DNA of 64,000 bases from Octopus vulgaris (Eukaryota), in contig OX597825.1 in the NCBI GenBank assembly GCA_951406725.2, positions 23,684,001 to 23,748,000 on the forward strand. The letters are read 5' to 3'. Position 1 is the first letter of the stretch, and each line of letters begins with the position of its first letter. Shown piece by piece: positions 38,943 to 52,725 of the stretch. A model generated the notes under the pieces. That model was not told the DNA's origin, ran no database searches, and worked only from the letters and a program-made list of their open reading frames with translations. Position numbers and translations under genes: made by a program.

Positions 38943-39343
38943 CGCAGGAGTGGCTGTTTGGTAAGTAGCTAGCTAACCAACCACATGGTTCCGGGTTCAG
39001 TCCCACTGCGTGGCATCTTGGGCACGTGTCTTCTGCTATAGCCCCGGGCCGACCAATGCCTTGTGAGTGGATTTGGTAGACGGAAACTGAAAGAAGCCTG
39101 TCGTATATATGTATATATATATAAGTGTGTGTGAATATGTTTGTGTGTCTGTGTTTGTTCCCCTAGCATTGCTTGACAACCGATGCTGGTGTGTTTACGT
39201 CCCCGTAACTTAGCGATTCGGCAAAAGAGACCGATAGAATAAGTACTGGGCTTACAAAGAATAAGTCCCGGGGTCGATTTGCTCGACTAAAGGCGATGCC
39301 CAAGCATGGCCGCAGTTAAATAACTGAAACAAGTAAAAAGAGT
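38941..39343 (+). mobile_element. Full-length SINE family A within (TA)n
   Basis: Complete head to tail. Confidence 0.93.
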
Positions 39344-39588
39344 AAAAAAAAAAAAAGAGAAAAAGAGTATATATATATATATATATATATATATAATGAC
39401 ATATCTTTGTATGCAATTTTGTATGTATGTATGGAATTCCCCTATTTGCCGACATAACATGATTTATTGCCTACAGTATGTAAAGAATGAAATTGACATT
39501 AGGCCGATTGTGAAGTATTTGTTTTGATCGTCAGTAATGAAATTATCAAAATAACAGCCACAAACACGCATGCATACACACACGCATG

Positions 39589-39664
<76 letters not shown>

Positions 39665-41304
39665 AATTCAGTAGATAAATAAATGCTTAAGAAACTCTGT
39701 CCGTGTCTATAATGTCTGCCAGATATTGTAATGGCCGTCTGTTTCTATAATGACGATTCTCATTATATGTAATAAAGAAATAAGCGAAAAGGAAAATTTA
39801 TTATGTAGAATTGTGATATAAGGAAACATCATATTCGTTAAAAGAACTCTGTTTATTTTCTGTTTTATTTATTGATAGCAAATTTGTGATGGTCACTTAA
39901 TCATTTAGACGTCGTTAGAAAATTCTTTAAGCTGGCGATTGTTTGTATTACCAAGAATTGCTATGTAAAGAAATAAAACGGACTGGATGTACGGTTTGGT
40001 ATTTTTAGATAACATTCAGTATAATGTCTTGTACAGAGATGTGTATTGTAAATACTGTAAATTTTGCAAATGGTAGTACTTACTTTATTTCACGCAACAG
40101 TGACAAGGAGGTTGTTTTCTATTTTTGTTATTTATTTCTAACAATTTACGGAATGTGTATCTCCAACGATGCTAATAATGTTTAGTTAACTCATTTACGT
40201 AGACTGTCTTGTAACAAGATGGTTAAATGAAATGGAAAGTCTTAAATACAACAGCAGTGTTGAAGTTTTGCTCTAGATGTTAAGTCTAACGAGAATATGA
40301 AATCAATGTTGTGAATCACCGAATGCCAAGTCAGTACCTACATTCATAAAAACATTTGTGCTGTTTCTACACGAAGTGTTTATCTGTAGCTTTATAAATG
40401 GCTTTAAAGGAGATTAAGTGATTAAGTGGCGTGACCGAGAGTATTGAGAACTACCGTTGATTAGATACAGTTAACATTCTTTCGACCGGAAGTTGTATTC
40501 ATTGTTCATTTATAACTGGATGAAATATGTGAAGTGGACGATGTGAAGCCTGGAATTTCGATTAGTGTAATCGAGTTAAAAACATATTTTTATCTTCGAG
40601 TCTCAGAGTTGGCAGAATTTATACAATTCTCTTTTGAATTCCCATTACTGCCGCCAATCATTCTCATGCTAAATCGTAAGAACACATTTCACAGTTTCTC
40701 AGATCTTAAAAATAAGGTTTCTGTCTGTTTCTAAAGGCAACTAGAAATCGTTACTTCATACACGGTTTTTTTTATATAACAATACAATTGTAGCTTTCAG
40801 AAAAAAAGAATAAATATGAATAAACGAAATAAATTGATTTCATTTACATTAAAGAAATGGAGATCTCTCATAGAAGGAGGAGATATAAATATGCCTGTAG
40901 ATATATGTGGTAAGTTTTACATTCAACAAGTAACTGCACAAACCAACTAACATATACTGTTTGCAATCTGAACCACAGACGTCTTACAACAAAAAAATTC
41001 AGTGAAACAATTTGTTTTAGAAGGTTTAACGCACTGTAAACAAATACAGTGTTTGGATTATAGCTAGGCGACCCTAAAATCAAATGACTGCTGTGGGCTC
41101 AACCTCCTGTTCTACGCTTTATTTTCATCTATTCCGTAATTACATTCATAGAAATCTGGAAATACTTGATAATTTAATGAAATGCACACACTATGAAATG
41201 CACGTTTTCATTTATTTCATAAGGTGAAGAAATTTCCATCGCATGACGGAGACCTAATCACTGACACACGCACACAATGGTCAAAGTGGATCTTCCATAA
41301 TGTA

Positions 41305-41855
41305 TCGGGTTGTCAGAAAAGTTCGTGCCGATTTATAGTAGCTTACCTTTCGACTTATTTTAGAACATGGTTGAGTCCATAAAATAGAATTTGACTACAC
41401 CTCTATTTAGAGCACAGTTTAAGCTATCTTTTCGTGGAAGAAGGTTTATGTTCCTATAACTGTGTTAATTTTGTAACCCTTTAAAATGGAAGATAAGAAA
41501 CTTCATTTTCGTCACTTGTTGCATTGAGAACCAGACAAAATTTGCTGCAGCTCGGCTGGGATGTGTTACCCCACCCTCCATATTCACCAGATATTGCTCC
41601 TTCGGATTTCCACTTATTCAGGTCTCTGCAGAATAGTCTTAATGGTAAAAATTTTAATTCCTTGGATGACGTAAAAAGATACCTTGATGAATTCTTTGCC
41701 ATGAAACCACCTCAATTCTGGGAAGTGGGTATTTTCAAGTTAAAGGAAAGATGGAGACGCATTGTGCAACAAAATGGTTCATATTTGTAATAGCAAGTAT
41801 TTATTGACCTTTATCTTTCCTTTAAAAATCGGATCGAACTTCCCGCACAACCCAA
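41305..41855 (+). mobile_element. Internally deleted mariner (DD34D) element
   Basis: TA-flanked TIRs (tcgggttgtcagaaaagttcgtgccgattt / aaatcggatcgaacttcccgcacaacccaa). N-terminus MEDKKLHFRHL (ATG 41486) joined to C-terminal HPPYSPDIAPSDFHLF...GIFKLKERW. Confidence 0.92.
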
Positions 41856-42157
41856 TACTTTCTTCACTTTTCAAAGAGCCTCACTTCAAGTCACGTACTA
41901 GACAAGCAGAAATCTGAAAAATATAGCAACTTGTTTCGTGAAACCCTCACATATGGAACCCAAATTTGTCATAATGCGTTCATATCCCCTTTGTTAGTGT
42001 TGCTGCTGTTGTTTAGGCTTAGGTCAGTTTGATTTATCAAAGGTAACATTTGAGTTTTCAAAGCTATGATTAAAGTATCTCAGCCTTGAATCCTGTATGT
42101 TCATGGATAAAATGAAAGCTAGGATTACCAAACTGGGATTATCTAAGGTTTCCTCTT

Positions 42158-42667
42158 AGAAAATGTTGTATAGTGAGTTTTGAATAAAATTCTGGTACTT
42201 AATTTATCGACCACCCCGAAAGGATGGAAAGTAAAATCGACCAAATTCCGCCGAGGTCGACTTTACCTTTCATCCTTTCGGGGTCGATAAATTAAGTACC
42301 AGTTACGTACAGGGGTCGATCTAATCGACTTAATTCCTTCGTCTGTCCTTGTTTGTCCCCTCTGTGTTTAGCCCCTTGTAGGCAATAAAGAAATAAGAAA
42401 ATGTTGTATAGTGTGTTTTGAATAAAATTCTGTTACTTCATTTATCGACCCCGAAAGGATGAAAGGTAAAGTCGACCAAATTCCGCTGAGGTCGACTTTA
42501 CCTTTCATCCTCTCGGGGTCGATAAATTAAGTACCAGTTACGTACAGGGGTCGATCTAATCGGCGTAATCCATTTGTCTGTTCTTGTTTGTCCCCTCTAT
42601 GTTTAGCCCCTTGTGGACAATAAAGAAATAGGACAACGTTGTATAATGAGTTTTGAATAAAATTCTG
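42158..42667 (+). mobile_element. Tandem pair of 5'-inverted family-B SINE units with triplicated about 37-bp flank
   Basis: agaaaatgttgtatagtgagttttgaataaaattctg at 42158, 42396 and (diverged) 42631; each unit has an inverted Nin-like domain forming a hairpin. Confidence 0.88.
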
Positions 42668-43441
42668 CAGTTATTTCTAGCAAGTGGACCGACCGCATAG
42701 ATGCTTACCATATCATCGTCTGGCAGATTGGGCATCGGTTTTTGTGTTCGTTGTATTAGTAGTGAAGAAACTTGATAGAAATTGCAGTCGCCTCTTGTCT
42801 TACATTTACATTTATTTAGCTTGCATAGCTGGCACATTATCCATCAGTATACAAGGTACTAGAAAACAGTAGCTGCACACTATCAAGTAGGTATTTTATT
42901 TGAACACGAAATCTAATATCACAAAGAGCAAATATATGTCGGGCAATGCGTTCCATGTAGTGCAACATTGTGGAGCAAAAAGAACGTGAGAGCGACAGAA
43001 AGGAATGGAGTAAATACGCAGTTAAAAGATGACAGCGAGAAGGAGAGAGTTTGGAACGAGTGAAGAGTGAGTAAAAGAGACGGGAGAGAAAGCGTGGGAG
43101 AGATAGAGAAGACGTAAGAAAAAGAGAGAGAGGTATAGAGAGAAAACGTGAGAAGGAACATGAAAGAGAGAGGGAGAAGAAAGAGATAGATAGATAGATA
43201 GATAGAGGGAGAGAGAGATGAAACAGAATGGAAGTCAGAGAAGGAGATAAAGACAAGAGCGATCGAAAGAAGTCTATCTTTGATTAATTTCCAAAAATTG
43301 GTTCGTTCTTATGTTGCGTAGATAAGAGCTGCGTAGATTATCTTCGAATTCCCTTTGAAAATTTATTGAAAGATATCTAAGTGTAAGCAAAATTAGTGAA
43401 GCAAGTTTTAATGCCATGGCTGGCGAACAGCAAGTGTATGA

Positions 43442-43443
43442 CT

Positions 43444-43499
<56 letters not shown>

Positions 43500-43625
43500 T
43501 AACAGCTGCTATTGTTACTACTACTACTACCACTTCTACTACTGCTATTGTTACTACTACTACTATAACAGCTGCTATTGTTACTACTACTACTACTGCT
43601 GCTATTTTTACTACTACTACTACTA
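43442..43625. repeat. (TAC)n microsatellite with repeated interruptions
   Basis: The interruption aacagctgctattgt is repeated. Confidence 0.95.
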
Positions 43626-44143
43626 AACAGAGCAGCTATATGCCATTTGCCCCCAACTTTAATTTTATACTAGGGTCACAATAGGTAATACAACGGACTG
43701 TATGCTCGGTCAGGGTTAAACTGGGGCGAAGCAACAACAACAACAACAACAACAACCACAACAGTAGCTACTTATGTAAATCAACGCTGGAACCACTACC
43801 TGCTAAAAATAGAACTCAAACCTTCCATCAAATCAAATCCTCTCTTCTTAAAGAAAAAAAAACAAAACAGAAGGTCACTTTTATCTAGGGCTCCTAGCTA
43901 TATAAGCCAACAAGGAAGGTCATATTTAGAATGTCTTTCATCTTAGGAATACTCGGCCAGATATGATGTCGCACTACACATCACAGCAGCAGTAACAAAA
44001 TCAAGTACGGTAAAACAAGTACGGTTTAACCTTGGTCTTAAACCTTTTATAATCCGTGTTAATTTTTATTATTGCACAGCAAACTTAATTTCATTTATGC
44101 AAGTAAGTTTTACAATTGTTTAATTTAGAGTATGTTGACTAAC

Positions 44144-44383
44144 TTTGGTTCGGACCCCTTCCCCGATGGACTCCGGTACCTTTGGTTCCGGAAAATCGAT
44201 GCTGTACCTGTATGTGATTTTACAATCCTGGGTAAGATGGAATTTCAAAATCGCCCCTACAGTATTTTGAACATGGGAAGCTAGGAGACATATATATACT
44301 GCATGGAATTTTATTCGATATTTTACCCAGTCTGTCTGATCTCTCAATTTCATTTCATGGTCACTAACTTTAGGAAGGGTCAT
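44144..44383 (-). CDS. Candidate first coding exon of a secreted or membrane protein (80 codons, phase-0 donor)
   Basis: Acceptor t(17)catatatatAG at 44390-44389, ATG at 44383. Non-repetitive ORF MTLPK...FHAVYICLLASHVQNTVG-AILK...DCKITYRYSIDFPEPKVPESIGEGVRTK, possible donor AAA|GTTAGT at 44143. Hydrophobic stretch resembles a signal peptide. Confidence 0.45.
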
Positions 44384-44511
44384 TTATTCTATATATATGA
44401 AAAAAAAAAAAAAAAATGAATGTTTCCGTTTTTACGTATTCTTAAATTATCTTTTTGCTTTTTTTTTTTGTTGAGAATATGTCTGTCATTTTGACAAATG
44501 TTACTACTTAC

Positions 44512-44702
44512 CTTTGGATAGAATGGTGCCACAAAATTCCCAGAGAAGTATTTTGATAAATGTTGCTTAACAATAAATATTCTTTCTTTCTTCGTTCCTT
44601 CCGCTCTTTCCTTCCTTCTTCGTTTCTCTCTTTGTTTCTTTCACTTGTTTTTGTTATCGACTTGTTGATAGGTGATAAATCAAAGATTTTTAGTAGCCAG
44701 AG
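44512..44702 (-). other. Candidate upstream (5' UTR-like) exon
   Basis: Acceptor ttgttcgtttcattcCAG (44705-44703), donor AAG|GTAAGT (44511), 123-nt intron to the next acceptor; further upstream donor TGA|GTAAGC at 44842. Confidence 0.45.
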
Positions 44703-46117
44703 CTGGAATGAAACGAACAAATCAAGCAGAATATTAAGATTAACGCTTCCTGTATACACATATATGCACTTTCTGGTAAAGTTCTGATGGTGTAGCAGCG
44801 AATAGCAGCATTTTCCAACACTAGTTGCGTTATCTTGCTTACTCAAATCGTTTGACCTCTTTCGTTCGGAAATCCGCGTTCATATTATGTCAGCTAACAC
44901 GAACCTGTTGTTTTTTTTTTCTTCCCTAAGATAGGTGATTTGACTGCAGTTAAACGGAAATGAGAAAATTTATTGCCATTAATGTTGCATAAGCAATCCC
45001 AGTGGGCTGTGACTTAGGAGATATGTAGCTGATATATTTCAAGACAAGTGGTTTTCTGTCTTTTGTCTTCGTGGCGAACGAAAGGTGAAAAAAATCAAAC
45101 AAAAACTATTTGCATGCAGTATAGGATCATGTAAAAGAATACCTTTAATGTTAAAAGCTTAGATAGTTCTAGAAAACTATTATTGCTCGCCTTGTTATAT
45201 TTATCATATTTATTATAATTTTCTCTCCTGCAACTCATTTTTCCATTCCTTTCATTTTTCTCCTTTTCTTGTTTTGCTTTACTGTTTTCCTCCCCATTTT
45301 CGTTTATACGTTTTACATTCACCTCTGTCACATTCTTCTTGTGCCTCCACGTACCTCGCTAATGTTCTTCCCTCGCAGAACAAACACCTTTTTGTTGGAC
45401 ATGTATTAAATCCTATTTTTCCTTCTTGTCCATAACTTCCACATTATACCATCTCACACATATAGCCCTAGATATACTTCAAATCCCTTACATTTCTCTC
45501 GCCTTCCCTTTTAACTCACACCCTCACCCGCTTTCATCTCCGTACGTCTACGCTTAACTTTCATAGACTCAACGATGGCACTCACCAACATCCCACATTC
45601 ATACTGTACCTTTACATACAAGCACACATATACGCACACTGCAAAACCATACAGACAGAAATTCTGCCATCTCAAAAAAGGATACGTTCCTATATGTACA
45701 TTCGCACACGCCACTCACCATACATTTCCTCCCGTTTTGACTTCGCTATAGAGAGCCTCCTTCCCACCTGGCGCATAGACAGTCACCTTTCGTAGCTAGT
45801 CATACTCTTCTCGATTACGTTTCCTCTTTCACATTTCTCGTTTGCTTCCTTCTATACTTTTGTTGTGATAAAGGAGCAGTGTTTATTAACAAAGACAACT
45901 CTAGCACAATATTTTTATAACTTGCCCATCTGCGTTGGCTGTTTTCTTTTCAGTGACTTCCCACACTCTCTCTATACACAGAGATACACGCACGCACAAG
46001 CGCGCGCACACATATCTGTGCACAAATGCATGCATATGTATATATATTATTTTTTAAATTATTTTATTATAATATTTAGTTTCAGCTCACAAGCTGTGGC
46101 CATGCTGGGGCACCGCC

Positions 46118-46161
<44 letters not shown>

Positions 46162-46168
46162 GTATGCT

Positions 46169-46289
<121 letters not shown>

Positions 46290-46327
46290 GAAATATTAAA
46301 ATTACTAAGTCTCTATAAAAGAGATTA

Positions 46328-46589
46328 CGGTCATTCTAAGTATACAGTTTGTACACAGTGCTATTGAATCAAAGGTTCATTTAAAGTGACCTAAAAGTAG
46401 GGAATGTATTTCTAAGGTCAAATCGAAAACAGGAAGAGAGGAATAAAGATAAAAAAAATATAAAAGAAAAGCAAGGATACAGATCGTGTATCAATAGCTA
46501 TCTTAAGGCGATGGCCTCATGGAGCTGACCAGCGGCAGCGATTATTCTTATATCTATAAGAATGCCATATAATATGGCGATAACAATTA

Positions 46590-46635
<46 letters not shown>

Positions 46636-47215
46636 TTATGTATGTACCCAAATATATGTATATATATATATATATATATGTATATATGTACCATCACGGA
46701 ACAGTACAATTGTATTTAAAATTGGTCATTCCAAGTATACAGTTTGTACACAGTGCTATTGAATCAATGGTTCATTTAAAGTGACCTAAAAGTAGGGAAT
46801 GTATTTCTAAGGTCAAATCGAAAACAGTAAGAGAGGAATAAAGATAAAAAAATATAAAAGAAAAGCAAGGAGAGATAATAAAGAGATGAAGGGAGGTAAA
46901 GTGTACCAGTTAGTGGTCAGTCAAGATAAATTGATAGCAGGAATGGGGAGGTGAGGGTGATAGAGAGAGAAAGATATGAGAGTGTAGAAAGATGATAGGG
47001 TAAAGAGTAAAGCAGTGTTAGATAGAAGGTGTTGGATGAAAGAAATGAGGTATAAAAGTGTAAAAAGAAAAGGAGTGTCAGGTATGTAGTGACAGAGCCT
47101 AAGTGATTGGTAAGAGAGAGAGTGTAGGGGTAGTAATATGCTGCAATGAAGAATTTGGGAATATAGATTAGGTTGGTTGGACACCTCAGATTCACCCACT
47201 CTCAGATTCACACAC
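46328..47215 (-). mobile_element. Dispersed (TA)n-associated repeat, two tandem partial copies
   Basis: About 150 bp at 46329-46477 is repeated at 46723-46871; a 90-bp piece recurs inverted at about 57058-57147. Confidence 0.7.
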
Positions 47216-48014
47216 TTATTGCAGCCGCCCTTCAGTTTTTCTAAGCCCAGTAAAAAAATTTAAATGGTTGTGCCTCCAACTAATCATTTCGCGATACCAT
47301 TAAATCCAGGAACTTTTCCGTACCCCTCGCATACGGCTGTTGCAGAGTTCACCTTAAAAACATCATATACTCATTTGTGTATTTTCATTATATATCTATC
47401 ATAACTAAACGCACCTTAACAAAACATATTCACCCAGACGTACACATACTCCTACACATTATTCTATATGCAGATATGAGTGTGGGTGTCGACCATACCT
47501 TTATAAATAGCAGCGATGTAAAATTTGGTCAACTTAGCAAATATTCTACACATTATGATTCAACTATGATGCCTTTGGAAAGATAACTTTTATCTCTTTC
47601 ATACCAAAACTGTTTTGTGTTCATATGTACGAATCAAAAAATACAAACGTTTATCTTTTATATAATAAATGTGTTTTTTTGTGTGTTTGCTTATTCTAAA
47701 CAAATATATGTAAATTAGTCACGTATATGTATAACATATAGGTACATACAGGCGTACATAGATATGTACATACATACTCACACAGACACATATATATATA
47801 ATATATATATATTTATGTATGTATATATATGCATATATATATACGCTTACAAATATACAAATATGTATATATATATTATACACACACACACACATTCACA
47901 CACACACACATTCACACACACACATATATATGTATATATATATATAAACAGCTTTACAAATATACATACAAACATATATATATATATAAATATATACATA
48001 CATACACACACACA

Positions 48015-48052
<38 letters not shown>

Positions 48053-48367
48053 CGTATGTATGAATATATATACATATAAATTCATATAGACATACATAAA
48101 TATGCACACATATTAGTCTATGTATGTGTGTAAGTAGATATATATATATGTGTGTGTGTTTGTGAATGTGTGTGTAAGTGTGTGTGTGTGTAAGTGTCTG
48201 TGTTGGTGTATGTCTATGTGTGTGTGTGTGTGTGTGGACATGAAAAGTTTGAAATGCAAATTATCAAACATCTCAGTAATGCAATATCCATAAAAAGATA
48301 CGAAAAATTCCCAAAGTGGTTTGATACGGCAACAAATGATCTCACGCCTTCATAACTTCCATCTCTC

Positions 48368-48402
<35 letters not shown>

Positions 48403-48660
48403 TTCTCTTTCTCTTCATCTCTCCCCCCTCTCTCTCTCTATCTTTCTACACCTTATCTATTTATTGAGGTGTAAAGTGAAGGTGTTAAGTCTATTTAAAT
48501 AATATTGACGTCTGAAGCCGGATCAAAGCAAACAAAGAATAAATGATGTAAAATTAGTAGGAGCAAAAACAACACAATTGATAGCAGTTCTTCAAGACGA
48601 AGCAGACAATGATGACTGTTATATGTCAAACATAAACGAGAAGGGATCATACATACATAC

Positions 48661-48905
48661 TTGCCCTCCGGCGGTTGCGACGGCGAGGGTTTAAGTTGAT
48701 ACGATCAACGGAGCTGTCTGCTCGTGAAAGCAGCTTGCAAGTGGCTGAGAACTCCGCAGACATGTGTACCCTTAACGTAGTTCTCAGGGAGATTCAGCGT
48801 GACACAGAATGTGATAAGGCTGGCCCTTTGAAATACAGGGAATACTTATTATTGCCGGATGAGTGGCCTGGAGCAACGTGAAATAAAGGGCACAAAGCGG
48901 CGCCG
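48661..48905 (-). mobile_element. SINE fragment sharing the family-C-variant body but with a different 3' tail
   Basis: ttgcc..tgagtgg.ctggagcaacgtgaaat is shared with 24506-24540 and joined to a distinct GC-rich tail. Confidence 0.6.
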
Positions 48906-48990
<85 letters not shown>

Positions 48991-49061
48991 CATGCGTATA
49001 TACATTCATAATACATACACACACATACATACATATATACATACATACATACATACATACA

Positions 49062-49097
<36 letters not shown>

Positions 49098-49269
49098 TAC
49101 ATATATATACATACATATAATAATAAGAGTAAATAATTTCTTTAATGGTTTTTAAAAAAACAAAAATTATTTACTGGTAGATTTCGGCATGTAAATATAA
49201 CCATTAACGGTAGGAACTTCTGTAAAGTTCAGTATATATATATATTGTATATAAATAAAAGGGATATAC

Positions 49270-49702
49270 ATTTATGATTCAGTGCGACCATGAGATTGAG
49301 AATAGGATGCCAGACATAGTCATAATTGAGAAAGAAAGCAAACTATGCAGGATCATAGACATAAAGAGGCCCAGCTAGCAACAAGATATGTGATAAGGAA
49401 GAAAGAAAAGTCGATAGATATGACAGATTAGCTTGGGAAGTTAAGCAGTTGTGGTCGCAGGAAAAGGTGGTAGTAGTACCAATAATTGTCGGAGCCCTGG
49501 GAGCAGTGAATAAAAATCTTGAGACGTACATGGAGAAAATAGAGGCTGCAATAAGGGTGGAGCACTTGCAGCAAACAGCACTGCTTAAAACTGCACAAAT
49601 ACTCCGGTAGGTGCTCGAAAAATAAGGGGTGTTACCTTAGTTCAATGGCAATGAACAGTTGACACCGTAGTACATCTCCAGCGCCAGAAGCTGTGCAAAG
49701 GC
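49270..49702 (+). mobile_element. Dong/R4-like retrotransposon 3' end (family 1), ending in (TAA)n
   Basis: IQCDHEIENRMPDIVII..IIDI..K.DRY..LAWEVKQLW..VVPIIVGALG..LQQTALL: PD-(D/E)xK restriction-like endonuclease. Confidence 0.8.
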
Positions 49703-49776
<74 letters not shown>

Positions 49777-49778
<2 letters not shown>

Positions 49779-50215
49779 CAGATAGAGCAATTAAGGCCAA
49801 CAGACCAGATATAGTTGTCAGAGATTATGAAGAAAAAAAAAACGCTTTCTAATTGATGTATCAATACCGGCAGATGATAACGTGTCTCTAAAAGAAATGG
49901 AGAAATTTTCAAAATACAAAGACCTGGAAATAGAGGTAACCAGAATGTGGAATCTAAAAACAGAAACAATTCCTATCATAGTAGGTGCATTAGGCATGAT
50001 AAAAAAATATTCAGACAAATACATAACAAAAACACCAGGACTTACAAGCACATATAACATACAGAAAATTGCACTACTAGGCACTGCACACATCCTACGC
50101 AGAACACTTTCCATACAATAACCATCAGAGCATCACAACAAATAACAGCACATACCTAAGGCACACAGAGCTGCGCTCGGTAGTGAAGTGAAAGCAGGCT
50201 ATAAAAATAAAACTA

Positions 50216-50218
<3 letters not shown>
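49777..50218 (+). mobile_element. Dong/R4-like retrotransposon 3' end (family 2) between (TAA)n tracts
   Basis: TDRAIKANRPDIVV..LIDVSIPADDNVSLKEMEKFSKYKDLEIEVTRMW..IPIIVGALG..IQKIALLGTAHILR; short second copy at 52029-52156. Confidence 0.88.
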
Positions 50219-50310
<92 letters not shown>

Positions 50311-50312
<2 letters not shown>

Positions 50313-50624
50313 CCTGTTGTCATAGGTGCCCTGGGGCTGATTACTACCTAACTCAGATACCAGGAAACCCCAAAATGGCAGAAATTCAAAAGATAGTGCT
50401 CATAGGAATTGCTCATATCCTACGCAAAATACTTTCTATGTAATCTCAAGGCTTAAAACAAACAATTTTTTTTTAGACATCCACTAGTACAACACAAAAA
50501 CAAAACAACCAAATATATGGCACACTAGGCATAACAACAACGTGAACTTCCAACCTGTTGTCTCTTGAGGTCTCTGGGTGAGACTTGGAGCCAACTTGTA
50601 CAAATATAATGCAAAAGTCAAACA

Positions 50625-50625
<1 letters not shown>
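50311..50625 (+). mobile_element. Dong/R4-like retrotransposon 3' end (family 3) between (TAA)n tracts
   Basis: PVVIGALGLI..QIPGNPKMAEIQKIVLIGIAHILRKILSM* plus a distinct 3' UTR. Confidence 0.8.
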
Positions 50626-50669
<44 letters not shown>

Positions 50670-50707
50670 TGATGATGACGATGACGATGACGACGACGAT
50701 GATGATG

Positions 50708-50769
<62 letters not shown>

Positions 50770-51104
50770 GATGATGATAATTTTTATCAATCTAAAATAA
50801 AGAGAAAAAGAAAAAGTCATAAATATGTATCAAGCATCGATGTAATACGAAGATAAAACGCCATATCTTTGATATAAAAGCTTATTGCTATGTATGATTA
50901 TACGTATGAATAAACGCAGAGACTATTATATTATCATCACTAATATTGTTATTGTTGTTGTTCTTGATTTTTGTCGTCGTCGTCATCATCATTGTTATAC
51001 TACTCCTCCTTGTGGTATAAATGGAAAGTAGGGAAACAAAGAATATTATTGCAGATAAGCATTTATAAGAAACCAAACAAAAGAAACATCATGCTGGCAT
51101 TTTG

Positions 51105-51164
<60 letters not shown>

Positions 51165-51455
51165 GTCAAATATACATCAATGTACGTATACATGTATATG
51201 TATGTATGCATGTATGCATGCATGGATTTATGTATGCACGTATGTATGTATGTATGTATGTAGGCGTTCATTGATGCATGATATGTTCAAACACACACAC
51301 AAGCAGATATCTGCACTTCATCTATATACGGATGTGAATCTACGATCCAACAATGATGGCAAAAACGAAAACATCTGTAAGAATAGGGATGACGATGATG
51401 ATAATGATGATGTTGCTGATGATGATGATGATGAGGAGGATCAGGAAATAATAAT

Positions 51456-51993
51456 GCCCTGATGCAGTGGCTTTCATGGCTTCTGATCTTAACTGATTGG
51501 CACTTCTATGTATATTGTTTTGTCTTGGATTAAAAGATGGGCTACAGCAAATATTCTGCTCAATACTACATATTTGCTTGTTAGTTGTTTGAACTTAACC
51601 AGCTGAGCATGTCCTTTAGTGGCTGACGATATGTGCATCTCTGATCACGAACAGAAGTAACGGGGGAGCATCATAGCCATGTGTTGAGAGGGATTCTTTG
51701 GGGTTTGAATAATTCACCTCTGGAAACATGGGTGTTTTATTCAACATCCTTAAATAATCCTTATTCAAGGACCATTTTAGTGGGATGGGCTATTCAACCA
51801 GAAAAAAATTCTGTGTCCTACCTGCAAGATCATGCGCTGCTTATCTTGATATGAAATCACCATGTCTCGCACATATCTTTGTGATGCATGTGCCTGGTCT
51901 ACCCTTATCAGACGAGTAGTCATGATTGGTATACTAGGCTCCGTATATTTTACCCCCAGTGTCACTTTGATGGCATGCACTGCTCTCTCACTC
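51456..51993. mobile_element. About 550-bp non-coding element bounded by (TAA)n, copy 1
   Basis: Same ends (gccctgatgcagt ... ctctctcactc) as 52172-52725. Confidence 0.85.
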
Positions 51994-52029
<36 letters not shown>

Positions 52030-52171
52030 CCTACGCAGAACACTTTCCATACAATAACCATCAGAGCATCACAACAAATCACAGCACATACCCAAGGCAC
52101 ACAGAGCTGCGCTCGGTAGTGAAGTGAAAGCACGCTATAAAAAATAAAACTACTGAATAATAATAATAAAT

Positions 52172-52725
52172 GCCCTGATGCAGTACCAGGCAGTGGCTCT
52201 CATGGCTTCTGATCTTAACTGATTGGAAGTGTTATCATGTACATTGTTTTGTCTTGGTATAAAAGATGGGCTACAGCAAATATTCTGCTCAATACCACAG
52301 ATTTGCTTGTCAGTTGTTTGACCTTAACCAGTTGAGCATGTCCCCTAGTGGCTGACGATATGTGCATCTCTGATCACGAGCAGAAGTAGTGGGGGAGCAT
52401 CATAGCCATGTGTTGAGAGGGATGCTTTGGGGTTTGAATAGTTCACCTCTGGAAACATGGGTGGTTCTTTCAACATCCTTAAACAACCCTTATTCGGGGA
52501 CCGTTTGAGCGGGATGGGCTACTCAACCTGAAGAAAATTCAAACTGGGCCCCACCTGCAAGGTCATGTGCTGTTTATCTTGATATGAGATCACCATGTCG
52601 CGCACATATGGTTGTGATGCATGTGCCTGGTGTACCTTTATCAGACGGGTAGTCATGATGGGTATATTGGGCTTCGTATATTTTACCCCAGTGTCACTTT
52701 GATGGCATGAACTGCTCTCTCACTC
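52172..52725. mobile_element. About 550-bp non-coding element bounded by (TAA)n, copy 2
   Basis: Colinear with 51456-51993, flanked by TAA repeats on both sides. Confidence 0.85.

Noticed and set aside
38941-39015. tRNA-like sequences at SINE heads
   Set aside because: A and B boxes are present, but there is no complete cloverleaf and the sequence continues into the SINE body; not called as tRNA genes.
40078-40290. Minus-strand GTAAGT donor as the next exon of the 44-kb gene
   Set aside because: Upstream sequence has stops in all three frames.
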